Part shown: piece by piece, positions 37,086 to 46,427 of the stretch | Position numbering within the stretch: the first letter of the stretch is position 1 | How the letters are laid out: every line of letters begins with the position of its first letter | Source of the DNA: Coprothermobacterota bacterium | GTDB taxonomy: Bacteria > Coprothermobacterota > HKB111 | Length of the DNA: 64,000 nucleotides | Assembly (NCBI GenBank): GCA_037446255.1 | Contig: JBBIIY010000002.1 | Span: 1,353 to 65,352, forward strand | Reading direction: 5' to 3' | Position numbers and translations under genes: made by a program | Notes under the pieces: model-generated | What the model was told of the DNA's origin: nothing | Databases searched by the model: none | What the model saw: the letters and a program-made list of their open reading frames with translations, nothing else

Positions 37086-37910
37086 CTTCTTGAGAGCATC
37101 TAAATATTTTTCAGGCAATCTAACCATTCCTAATTGAATATCAGGGGAATACTTTCCATGGAAGTCAGAACCTCCGGTAATAGCCAGGTTTAATATATTT
37201 GCTTGATGCAAATATCTTTTTATATCTTCCAGAGTGTGCTTGGGTTGGAATACTTCCAGGCCATCTAATCCAGCATCTTTTAACATAGTTAATTCCTGTA
37301 TTCCAACTCCCCCGATTCTTCCAGGTGTATTTCCTGGGTGTGCTAATATAGCTATCCCTCCTGCGAGATGAATCGTGTTAATTACCATTGCAGGAGAAAC
37401 AGGATATCCCTTCATATATGATCTGCTGGTATTTCCGATAAAGTCAGCAGTGAATGCTTCGGGTATTGACTTTATATACCCCTTATCTAAAAAGATTTCA
37501 GCAATGAGGTTTCGTGATAAAAAACCCTTTTTGGCTTTTTTTTGAACATCATCAAATTTAAGTTCAAAACCTTGTTTTGTTAAATTCCGAACCATTATCC
37601 TTATTCTTTCATCTCTAAAAGTTGATAAACTTTGTATTAAATTTTTTAGGGCTTTATTCTCAGGAGAAAGGAAGTAACCAATTATGTGGTATTCTATCTC
37701 ATTATCCATAGTTGAAATCTCTACACCCTTTATTACTTCAATACTATCTGAAGATGAGATAAATTCATCAGCAAAATGTATTAAAGTATCATGGTCAGTT
37801 ATAGCAATAAAAGATAAGCCTGTCTGGAGTGAAAGATCATAAAGTGATTTTATTGAATGTTCTCCGTCAGAATAAAAAGAATGAAGATGGAGGTCTCCAA
37901 CTCTTGACAT
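37074..37910 (-). CDS. PHP-domain phosphoesterase (TrpH/YciV-like)
   Basis: DLHLHSFYSDG, ITDHD, GVEIS, LAHP, GGSDFHG. Confidence 0.92.
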   Translation of the reverse strand: MSRVGDLHLHSFYSDGEHSIKSLYDLSLQTGLSFIAITDHDTLIHFADEFISSSDSIEVIKGVEISTMDNEIEYHIIGYFLSPENKALKNLIQSLSTFRDERIRIMVRNLTKQGFELKFDDVQKKAKKGFLSRNLIAEIFLDKGYIKSIPEAFTADFIGNTSRSYMKGYPVSPAMVINTIHLAGGIAILAHPGNTPGRIGGVGIQELTMLKDAGLDGLEVFQPKHTLEDIKRYLHQANILNLAITGGSDFHGKYSPDIQLGMVRLPEKYLDALKKLKQ

Positions 37911-38477
37911 TTATTTTAATTTATTTAAAACAGAAGGAGGAGTTACTCCTTTTTGACCCATATAATGAGACTCCCTGTTCACCCCATAGGGTTTATCAAC
38001 AATTCCGAGTAGAGTTTCAAAAGAAATCTGACAGATTCTCATCCCTGGATATAGATTTATGGGCATCACATTAGCATTAGATAACTCAAGGGTTATATTT
38101 CCTTCAAATCCTGGGTCAACATACCCTGCTGTGGCATGTATGAGTACTCCCAATCTTCCGAGGGTAGAACGACCGTCTACCCTGGCTACTAAATCAGCAG
38201 GAACTCTTATCCATTCCAGAGTAGTACCTAAAACAAATGAGTGGGGCATTAACAAAAAAGATTCATTATCAGTAATTTCTAAAATATCGTAGTATTGGGA
38301 GAAATCACTACTTTTTAAATCTAAAATATTGGTAGTGTATTTATAAACTATAAAGCTGTTTCCTAATCTTAGATCAACTGATGAAGGTTGAATCTGGATA
38401 TCCCAATCGATAATGGGTTCAATTGTGATATCTCCTGCTTTAAGCCTTTTCTTAATTTCATAATCGCTAAGGACCAT
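37911..38477 (-). CDS. dcd: dCTP deaminase
   Basis: QPSSVDLRL, GRSTLGRLG, AGYVDPGFEGNITLE. Start corrected to ATG 38477 (MVLSD). Confidence 0.95.
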   Translation of the reverse strand: MVLSDYEIKKRLKAGDITIEPIIDWDIQIQPSSVDLRLGNSFIVYKYTTNILDLKSSDFSQYYDILEITDNESFLLMPHSFVLGTTLEWIRVPADLVARVDGRSTLGRLGVLIHATAGYVDPGFEGNITLELSNANVMPINLYPGMRICQISFETLLGIVDKPYGVNRESHYMGQKGVTPPSVLNKLK

Positions 38478-38484
38478 ATGTTTA

Positions 38485-38498
38485 ATATTATATAATAT
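38485..38498. promoter_or_regulatory. Palindromic back-to-back -10 elements between dcd and nth
   Basis: ATATTATATAATAT is a perfect palindrome containing TATAAT on both strands, in a 26-bp divergent gap. Confidence 0.55.
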
Positions 38499-38503
38499 CT
38501 GGT

Positions 38504-39160
38504 ATGAATAAAGATGATTTAACAGGAGTTTTAGACACACTAAAAAAACACCTTTCCGGGTTCAACCAAACGATGATTTCTTCAATTATTAAAAAAACAG
38601 ATGATCCTTTTTGGGTATTAATCTCCTGTCTTCTAAGTTTAAGAACTAAAGATGCAGTTACACATGTAGCTACCAATAGTTTATATGCACTGGCGAAAAA
38701 TGCTGAAGAAATAATTCAATTGCCGGTTAAAGTGATTGAGGATGCTATTTATCCAGTTGGTTTTTATCGTAAAAAATCATTGATAATAAAAGAAGTAACC
38801 TGGATAATTATTACGAAATATCAAGGAAAAGTACCTGATAATATTGATGAATTGCTAACAATTCCAGGTGTTGGGAGAAAAACAGCTAATATAGTGTTAT
38901 CCAGAGCATACAAAATACCTGCCATAGCTGTGGATACTCATGTTCACAAAATCACTAACAGATTAGGTTTGGTTAATACTAAAAATCCCCATGATACTGA
39001 AGTTGAATTGATGAAGGTAATTCCTGAATCTTGCTGGATAGAAATTAATGATTTACTGGTTATTTTTGGTCAAAATATATGTTTGCCTGTTAGTCCAAAA
39101 TGTTCTAATTGCCCCATTTCACAATTTTGTTTAAGGGTAGGAGTAGCCTATTCAAGATAG
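38504..39160 (+). CDS. nth: Endonuclease III
   Basis: HhH motif IPGVGRKTAN, AVDTHV, C-x6-C-x2-C-x5-C Fe-S motif. Confidence 0.93.
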   Translation: MNKDDLTGVLDTLKKHLSGFNQTMISSIIKKTDDPFWVLISCLLSLRTKDAVTHVATNSLYALAKNAEEIIQLPVKVIEDAIYPVGFYRKKSLIIKEVTWIIITKYQGKVPDNIDELLTIPGVGRKTANIVLSRAYKIPAIAVDTHVHKITNRLGLVNTKNPHDTEVELMKVIPESCWIEINDLLVIFGQNICLPVSPKCSNCPISQFCLRVGVAYSR

Positions 39161-39266
39161 TTAATTTATAATTCTCCAGAATAAATATCTACCAAATATG
39201 GGCATTATTTAAGATATAATATATAGGTTTTATATCTCAACTATAAGTTAATTGCGAGGATGAAAT

Positions 39267-39716
39267 ATGGATGGAGAAGTAAAAACAATTTCTGATGATT
39301 ACTCTGAAAGAAGCGAATTAATACCAATTCTTCAAGAAGTTCAGGAGAAAGAAGGTTTTTTATCAGAAAAGTCGTTGGAAAAAATATCTAAAACACTTAA
39401 TATATCTCAAACTGAAATTTATGCGGTAGCTACCTTTTACTCTCAATTTAAGTTTACTCCCCCTGCCCTTCATAAAATAAAAGTATGTTTGGGAACTGCC
39501 TGTCATGTTAAAGGTGGTGAAAAAGTACTGGAAGCAGTAAAAAGGTCATTGAAGTTGGAAAATGGGGATACTACACCTGGTCTGGAATATAGCGTTGAAA
39601 GAGTTGCTTGTATCGGATGTTGTGCTTTAGCTCCCTGCGCTACCATTGATGACAATGTCTATGCCAAACTTACCCCTAACAAAATCCAGCATATTATTGC
39701 AGAAATGGAAGGATGA
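39267..39716 (+). CDS. NuoE/HydC-like subunit of NfnABC/Stn-like complex
   Basis: ATFYSQF, CLGTAC, CIGCCALAP. Confidence 0.92.
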   Translation: MDGEVKTISDDYSERSELIPILQEVQEKEGFLSEKSLEKISKTLNISQTEIYAVATFYSQFKFTPPALHKIKVCLGTACHVKGGEKVLEAVKRSLKLENGDTTPGLEYSVERVACIGCCALAPCATIDDNVYAKLTPNKIQHIIAEMEG

Positions 39717-39720
39717 TCTT

Positions 39721-41604
39721 ATGAACCTTGATTATTTAAGAGAAAAAGCCTTACAAGAATGGAAAGAAATTGAGGATCCCAAAATTCCAATAATTACTGT
39801 AGGTTCGGCAACCTGTGGCAGAGCTGCAGGAGCTCTAGAAGTTTTATCAGCCATAAAAACTAAATTGGTGGAGAATAATATTGAAGCTCGAGTGTTTGAG
39901 GTAGGGTGTATTGGAATGTGCTACGGAGAGGTTATTGTTGATGTAACCCTCCCTTCAGCCTCATCTATCCTATATCACGAAGTAAATTCTGATATTGCCC
40001 AAAAGATTGTAGAAGAGCATATTTCAAATAATAAAATCCTATTTAACCATGCCCTGGGTACACGAAGCAATTTAAAGTATGAAGGTATAAATCCTTTTTC
40101 AGAACACCCCTTTTTTAAAGAGCAGGTTCGTATAGCTTTAAGAAACTGTGGAATTATAGACCCGGAAAATATAAACCACTATTTAGCTAACGATGGTTAT
40201 AAGGGATTAGAAAGAACTTTATCTCTTAAGCCACCAGAAGTTATAGAAGAATTAAAAAAATCAGGTCTTAGAGGTAGAGGTGGTGGAGGATTCCCCACTG
40301 GCATGAAATGGGATTTCTGTTACAAATCTAATGGAGATAAAAAATACATTGTATGCAATGCTGATGAAGGTGACCCCGGTGCTTTTATGGATAGATCTCT
40401 CCTGGAAGGTGACCCTCATTCAGTTCTTGAAGGTATGCTGATTGGAGCTTATGCCATAGGTGCCACTGAAGGTTATATTTATGTACGAGCCGAGTATCCC
40501 CTGGCTATCAAGCGTTTGATGATTGCAATTAAACAGATGGAAGCAATGGGGTTATTAGGAAGTTCTATATTAAATAGTAATTTTTCTTTTAAGATAAAAA
40601 TTAAAGAAGGCGCAGGAGCGTTTGTTTGTGGAGAAGAAACTGCCCTTATAGCCTCTATAGAAGGTAAAAGGGGTATGCCACGCTCACGGCCACCATTTCC
40701 AGCTCAAAAAGGTCTATGGGGAAAACCTACTATAATTAATAATGTTGAAACTTTTGCTAATGTGTCTGCCATAATGAGTAAAGGTGCAGACTGGTATTCT
40801 TCTTACGGTACCGAAAATAGTAAGGGTACAAAAACATTTGCTTTGGCAGGTAAAGTAAACCATACCGGATTAATTGAAGTTCCTATGGGGATAACTCTTA
40901 ATGATATTATTTTTAAAGTTGGAGGAGGTATTCCTAATGAGAAAATATTTAAAGCTGTACAAACCGGAGGACCTTCTGGAGGTTGTATACCCTCAACCAA
41001 GCTTGATTTACCTGTTGATTATGATTCCCTAGCCAGCGTAGGTTCAATCATGGGATCCGGTGGTATGGTAGTTATGGATGAAGAAACATGTATGGTAGAT
41101 ATCGCACGCTACTTTCTCGATTTTACTCAAAAAGAATCCTGCGGAAAATGTGTTCCCTGTAGATTAGGTACAAAACAACTTTTGATGCTGTTGGAAAAAA
41201 TAACTCAGGGTAATAGTGAAATACAAGATTTAACTCTACTTCATAACCTGGCAGAAAAAGTTAAATCAGGATCTTTATGCGGTCTTGGTCAAACAGCACC
41301 TAACCCCATTATAACAACTTTAAAATACTTCAAGGACGAATATATAGCTCATATACAGGATAAGGTTTGCCCGGCAAAGGTCTGTAAAAACCTTATATAT
41401 TTTAAGATTGATGCAGATAAATGCAAAGCCTGCACTATTTGCCTTAAAGCATGCCCTGTAACTGCTATTAAAGGAGCTGTAAAACAGGTACATGTTATAG
41501 AACAGGATAAGTGTATTAAATGCGGTGTATGTTTGGAGGTCTGTCCTCCAAAATTCAGTGCAGTTATAAAGCTTTCTGGAAAAGAGGAATCAAAGAATGA
41601 ATAA
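39721..41604 (+). CDS. HydB/NuoF-like bifurcating-type flavoprotein with C-terminal 2x[4Fe-4S]
   Basis: TCG...GCIGMC, NADEGDPGAFMDR, GGPSGGC, CGKCVPC, CPAKVC, CKACTIC and CIKCGVC. Start corrected to ATG 39721. Confidence 0.92.
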   Translation: MNLDYLREKALQEWKEIEDPKIPIITVGSATCGRAAGALEVLSAIKTKLVENNIEARVFEVGCIGMCYGEVIVDVTLPSASSILYHEVNSDIAQKIVEEHISNNKILFNHALGTRSNLKYEGINPFSEHPFFKEQVRIALRNCGIIDPENINHYLANDGYKGLERTLSLKPPEVIEELKKSGLRGRGGGGFPTGMKWDFCYKSNGDKKYIVCNADEGDPGAFMDRSLLEGDPHSVLEGMLIGAYAIGATEGYIYVRAEYPLAIKRLMIAIKQMEAMGLLGSSILNSNFSFKIKIKEGAGAFVCGEETALIASIEGKRGMPRSRPPFPAQKGLWGKPTIINNVETFANVSAIMSKGADWYSSYGTENSKGTKTFALAGKVNHTGLIEVPMGITLNDIIFKVGGGIPNEKIFKAVQTGGPSGGCIPSTKLDLPVDYDSLASVGSIMGSGGMVVMDEETCMVDIARYFLDFTQKESCGKCVPCRLGTKQLLMLLEKITQGNSEIQDLTLLHNLAEKVKSGSLCGLGQTAPNPIITTLKYFKDEYIAHIQDKVCPAKVCKNLIYFKIDADKCKACTICLKACPVTAIKGAVKQVHVIEQDKCIKCGVCLEVCPPKFSAVIKLSGKEESKNE

Positions 41605-43723
41605 TGTAAATATAACTATAAATAACAAAAAAATAATTACCAGAGACGAAGATACTATACTGAAAGCTGCTTTACGAGAAGGAATCTATATACCTAATCT
41701 ATGTTACCACCCTACTCTTTCTCCTTTTGGGGCTTGTCGGCTTTGCGTTGTAGAAGTAGAAAATATGAGAGGTTACCCGACATCCTGTACGACTCCTGTT
41801 CAAGAAGGCATGAAAATTAAAACCAACACTAAAACTTTAAACGAAATTAGAAAAACTGCTATGGAGCTTATACTTTCTGAACATCCACAGGACTGTCTTA
41901 CCTGTGTAAAAAACCAAAAATGTGAATTACAATCATTATCAGCTTATTTAGGTATTAACAATTTAAGTTTCTCCAGAGTACAAAAAGACCTTCCCAAAGA
42001 TTTAGATACACCTTTATTTTTTAGAGACCTGGACAAGTGTATTTTATGCGGTAGATGTGTCAGGGCTTGTCAGGAGCTCAGGGGTGTAGGAGCCATTGAT
42101 TTTATTTATCGTGGATACGATTCTATTGTTGGAACAAAGTTTTCCAAACCATTGCGAGAGTCTGAGTGCCGATTCTGTACTGCCTGTGTAGAGGTGTGCC
42201 CTACTGCAGCTCTATTTGACAAAAATACCCTATGGCTTCCCAAAGAAGAAAAAGAAAAGTATGTGGTACCCTGCACTCACAACTGTCCAGCAAATATAGA
42301 TGTTCCAAAATATGTAAGATTAGTAGGAGAAGGTAATTACACTGAAGCTTTAGCTGTAATCAGAGAAAAAGTTCCTTTTCCTGCAACTCTGGGGAGAGTA
42401 TGTTTCCATCCCTGTGAAACAACTTGTAGAAGACAGGAAATCAACACTCCTATTTCTATTAAAAACCTAAAAAGGGTTGCTGCAGATAAAGGAGATTGGG
42501 GTTACTGGAGGTCTAAGCTAACCAAAAAACCTGCAACAAATAAATCTGTAGGAATAATTGGATCAGGACCGGCAGGATTGACGGCAGCCTATCATCTTCT
42601 AAGACTCGGTTATAATGTAACTATCTTTGAAGCACTGCCAGAACTGGGTGGTATGATGAGATATGGAATCCCTGCGTATAGACTACCCAGGGAGGTATTA
42701 GATAGCGAAATACAGGAAATAATAAACCTGGGATTACAGGTGAAAACTAATTTTAAGGTAGATAACCTTGATTCGCTGATCAATGAATATTTAGCTATTC
42801 TTATAGCTGGCGGTGCACATTTAGGTATTAAGTTAGGTATTGATGGAGAAAATCTACCAGGAGTTTACGATTGTGTTAACTTCCTCAGAGATGTTGCCTC
42901 AGGAAAAAAGTTACTCCTGGGTAATAAGGTTGGAGTAATTGGTGGAGGTAATGCAGCTATGGATACAGCTCGTACAGCTCTCAGGTCAGGTGCGAAATCA
43001 GTAACTGTATTATACAGAAGAAGCCAGGCTGAAATGCCAGCTAACCCTGAAGAAATTGTTGAGACGGAAGAAGAAGGCATCAAAATAGAGTGTCTTACTT
43101 CTCCAGTTAAAATAGTTTCTAATGGACAGCGCCTTATAATAACCTGCGCTCAAATGATGTTAGGAGAACCCGATGAATCTGGAAGAAAAAGACCGATCCC
43201 CATAAAAGGGTGTGATATAGATAGAGAGTTTGATTCCATTATATTAGCTATAGGACAATCTTCAGAAATTCCCGAAGGTTGGGGTGTTTCACAAAATAGA
43301 GGGGTTATACAGGTTAATCAGAGTACTCTTGAAACAACCAGAAAAGGAGTTTTTGCAGCAGGAGATATAGTGCTTGGACCTGCCTCGGTTATTGAAGCAA
43401 TCGCTCAGGGAAGAAAGTCTGCCTCAAACATTGACCGGTTCCTGGGAGGAACTGGAATGATAGACGAGATTTTTACTATTAGCGAGGCACCTCCCTGTCA
43501 GATTGGAAGAATAGATAATTTTTCAGATTTAGACAGGGTTTACCCTGAATATGAAGACGAACACAGCAGAATTAATAGTTTTATTGAAGTCCAAAAATGC
43601 CTGGTTGATGATTTAGCTCATTTTGAAGGAAATAGATGCTTGAAATGCGATGCAAGGTTGCTGATTGAAGAGAATATTTTTCCACCAGAAAGTGAGCGAA
43701 GTTACCTGAACGAAGTTAAATAA
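41597..43723 (+). CDS. NuoG-N-terminal Fe-S domain fused to GltD/NfnB-like FAD/NADP(H) oxidoreductase
   Basis: CRLC, HPQDCLTC, CILCGRC and CRFCTAC, then PCTHNCP, GRVC, GSGPAG, GGGNAA, YRR and RCLKC. Confidence 0.9.
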   Translation: MNNVNITINNKKIITRDEDTILKAALREGIYIPNLCYHPTLSPFGACRLCVVEVENMRGYPTSCTTPVQEGMKIKTNTKTLNEIRKTAMELILSEHPQDCLTCVKNQKCELQSLSAYLGINNLSFSRVQKDLPKDLDTPLFFRDLDKCILCGRCVRACQELRGVGAIDFIYRGYDSIVGTKFSKPLRESECRFCTACVEVCPTAALFDKNTLWLPKEEKEKYVVPCTHNCPANIDVPKYVRLVGEGNYTEALAVIREKVPFPATLGRVCFHPCETTCRRQEINTPISIKNLKRVAADKGDWGYWRSKLTKKPATNKSVGIIGSGPAGLTAAYHLLRLGYNVTIFEALPELGGMMRYGIPAYRLPREVLDSEIQEIINLGLQVKTNFKVDNLDSLINEYLAILIAGGAHLGIKLGIDGENLPGVYDCVNFLRDVASGKKLLLGNKVGVIGGGNAAMDTARTALRSGAKSVTVLYRRSQAEMPANPEEIVETEEEGIKIECLTSPVKIVSNGQRLIITCAQMMLGEPDESGRKRPIPIKGCDIDREFDSIILAIGQSSEIPEGWGVSQNRGVIQVNQSTLETTRKGVFAAGDIVLGPASVIEAIAQGRKSASNIDRFLGGTGMIDEIFTISEAPPCQIGRIDNFSDLDRVYPEYEDEHSRINSFIEVQKCLVDDLAHFEGNRCLKCDARLLIEENIFPPESERSYLNEVK

Positions 43724-43740
43724 TTATCAGTTTAGCAGTT

Positions 43741-43774
43741 AAACAGCCTGGTTTCTTACGATTCCAGGCTGTTT
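43741..43774. terminator. Bidirectional intrinsic terminator
   Basis: AAACAGCCTGG-12 nt-CCAGGCTGTTT between convergent genes. Confidence 0.75.
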
Positions 43775-43779
43775 CTTCT

Positions 43780-44751
43780 CTAAAAATTTATATCTTTCTT
43801 GGCGTATTCAATAAGACCTTTACTATATGAAGAAAATAGGTTCAAAGCTGTTAAAACGGTTCGGTCAAGTTTTACCCGGGATTCTTGTTTAGCTGGATCA
43901 CTTAATAAATTCTGCAATTCATCCTGGGTTATTTTAAATCTCTTTTTAGCAGACAGCTCCGAACCAAAGAAATTCTCCATCTCTTTCCATAAATTACCTA
44001 CCAGTTTGCGAGACCTGGTAGTAGCAACTAAAGCAGATTTATATGGGTTATTGATTTTTGCTGGTTTAGCCTCTCTCAAGGTTTTTATGTATTCCTCACT
44101 ACTGTTTTTAATCTGAGTCGCTTGATAGTAATCTTCTAATATCGTGTGGTGATTCAGGCACATTATGGTAAAACTCCTGATATCCTTAATCTCTTTCATT
44201 ACTATATTTTGGGGAGCAGGTAAGGTATGTTGGGGTTGAGTCAAATCTTGTATAAAATGAATAGAGCGTGCTAAAAATCTGAAACCCCAGTATATATCGT
44301 TATTTTTGAATGCAATACGACTTAAATTGTAAAAATGCTGAACGCGCTTATGGCCAACACCTGCTCTTAGCAGTCCTCCGAAAGCTACATATCTTTGATG
44401 CCGATAACCCTGAGAATCTCCTGTTAATAGTTGAAATTTTGATAGGTTTAAATCAGTATCCATATCCCAGTCGGGTTCATCTGAATAAATACTTAATATG
44501 GTCAGGGCATCAGTTTTTTCTCCAATAGAACCTTCCAGATATTTAATAATAAACTTTTCGTTGTAAACTGATTTATCAAATTTCTGGTAAGTATAGGGTG
44601 TAATAGTAATATTTTTGTAATCTTTTACCCAGGATAAAGATTCCATTACCTGTGCTGTCATTAACCCATGTTCACTCCATCCAAATACATTGGAAGGCAG
44701 AAGTATCATTATACCTAAAACAAATACAATTAATTTCTTTTTCATTTTCAA
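43780..44751 (-). CDS. Secreted zinc-dependent phospholipase C/P1 nuclease-fold protein
   Basis: Signal peptide ending VFG, mature W-S-E-H, EPD, HFIQDLTQPQH, HHTILE. Confidence 0.78.
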   Translation of the reverse strand: MKMKKKLIVFVLGIMILLPSNVFGWSEHGLMTAQVMESLSWVKDYKNITITPYTYQKFDKSVYNEKFIIKYLEGSIGEKTDALTILSIYSDEPDWDMDTDLNLSKFQLLTGDSQGYRHQRYVAFGGLLRAGVGHKRVQHFYNLSRIAFKNNDIYWGFRFLARSIHFIQDLTQPQHTLPAPQNIVMKEIKDIRSFTIMCLNHHTILEDYYQATQIKNSSEEYIKTLREAKPAKINNPYKSALVATTRSRKLVGNLWKEMENFFGSELSAKKRFKITQDELQNLLSDPAKQESRVKLDRTVLTALNLFSSYSKGLIEYAKKDINF

Positions 44752-45689
44752 CTCCCTATAGCAGTTTTAATCAGAGCATACCAACCCTGACTGATGTTAT
44801 TAAGATTATAACCTCCCCCACCAAGAAATAGAACCTTTCCTTTACCATAATGAAGTGACCATTCCTTAACCTTATGGATAACTCCTAAATAACCTTTCAA
44901 GGTGTATTTTAAGTGTGTTATTGGATCTCCTTCCAGACCATCTACTCCAACCTGGCATATCACGAATTCAGGCTTACTTTTGTTGAAAATACCCTCTAAA
45001 GAGGATAAATATCCTAAGAGCTCTTTATCTCCAGAGCCCGGAGGAAGGTTAATATTTACTTTTGTACCTTCGCCAGGACCTTTTCCAATTTCATTATTTT
45101 TGCCAGTTCCGGGGTACAAGTATCTGCCATCTTCATGAATATCCCATATAAACAAACGGTTATCCATTTCAAAAGAATAGTAAACACCGTCTCCATGATG
45201 AGCATCTATATCAATATACAGTATTTTTGTATATCCCTTTTGAAATAAATATTCAATTGCAACTCCGATATCATTAAAGATGCAAAATCCACCAGCTCTA
45301 TCTCGCATAGAATGATGAAGGCCTCCAATAGGATTAAAAGCATATTTTTCTTTAGTATTTATCAATTGCTTAAGCAAATAAAGAGTAGTTCCAACTACAA
45401 ACGCTGAAGCTTCGTATGCTCCCTTAAATGCTGGTGTATCTCCATGGTCCAGGTATCCTATTCCTTTAGAAGAGGCGTTAAAAACAAATTCTATATAGTC
45501 TGGAGTATGGAATAGACCTATTTCATCCCTGTTAGCCTGAATAGGTTTTATATATATAATTCCAGGAATATCTACTGTATTTTCAAAGAATACTTCTGCT
45601 CTTTTAGAATTAAAAGGATGATGTTCTCCAAAAGAATAAAACAGCAATTCAGAACCCCGGGCTACAATCATTTTGAACCTCCTTATCAT
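44748..45689 (-). CDS. Histone deacetylase family protein (AcuC-like)
   Basis: HPF, GGLHH, GFCIFND, DIDAHHGDG, YPGTG, GGGGY. Confidence 0.93.
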   Translation of the reverse strand: MIRRFKMIVARGSELLFYSFGEHHPFNSKRAEVFFENTVDIPGIIYIKPIQANRDEIGLFHTPDYIEFVFNASSKGIGYLDHGDTPAFKGAYEASAFVVGTTLYLLKQLINTKEKYAFNPIGGLHHSMRDRAGGFCIFNDIGVAIEYLFQKGYTKILYIDIDAHHGDGVYYSFEMDNRLFIWDIHEDGRYLYPGTGKNNEIGKGPGEGTKVNINLPPGSGDKELLGYLSSLEGIFNKSKPEFVICQVGVDGLEGDPITHLKYTLKGYLGVIHKVKEWSLHYGKGKVLFLGGGGYNLNNISQGWYALIKTAIGS

Positions 45690-45905
45690 AAAGATTTATT
45701 ATTAAGGTAAATATATAAATTATATATTGATGATAATAAATAAAACAAGAATAGTATAATGATATACTAAACCCGTAAAATAATTTTATTCTTTTCTGCT
45801 ATGTAAAGAAAATTTCATTCTTAAATAAAAAAGTGATTTGTGAAGTTACATACTTAAAAAAGGAATACCTTATTAAATTGATTAATCTAAGGAGGTAATT
45901 GTTAG

Positions 45906-46427
45906 ATGGGTGATGAAGCAGTAGAAGCTTTTATGTTAGCTATTGAAAGTGAAAAGATATCGTTGTTGAAATATCTGGATTTTTCTATTAAAAATGATGA
46001 TATCAGAGGAAAAAATGTTTTCATTATGCTTGCACGAGATGAATTTAACCACTACGAATATCTCAATCAACTGCTAAAAAATTTTATTACTGGTGATAAC
46101 CACAATTTAGTAATTACTTTTCCCTCTTCTGAAGTAGAAAAACTGATTCCAACTCTTAGAAAATATGAAGCTTCAAATAAGGTTACCTTATCTATAAAAG
46201 AAGAACAGGCAATTAATATTGCTTTAAACTTAGAGGATGAAGCAAAAACATTTTATTTAGAACAATTCCATAAAGCAAAAGATACTCAAACAAAAAATAT
46301 ATGGAAAAGACTGGCAGATGTTGAAGATTCGCATTATCAATTATTGATGTCTCAGACTTTTTATTTAAAAGAACTGTCTTATTGGCAGAACATAAAAGAA
46401 TTTTCTTTAGAGATTAGTGAAGAATAA
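45906..46427 (+). CDS. Ferritin-like/rubrerythrin family protein
   Basis: Two E...ExxH di-iron half-sites (DEFNH, VEDSH); AAGGAGGT RBS. Confidence 0.85.
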   Translation: MGDEAVEAFMLAIESEKISLLKYLDFSIKNDDIRGKNVFIMLARDEFNHYEYLNQLLKNFITGDNHNLVITFPSSEVEKLIPTLRKYEASNKVTLSIKEEQAINIALNLEDEAKTFYLEQFHKAKDTQTKNIWKRLADVEDSHYQLLMSQTFYLKELSYWQNIKEFSLEISEE

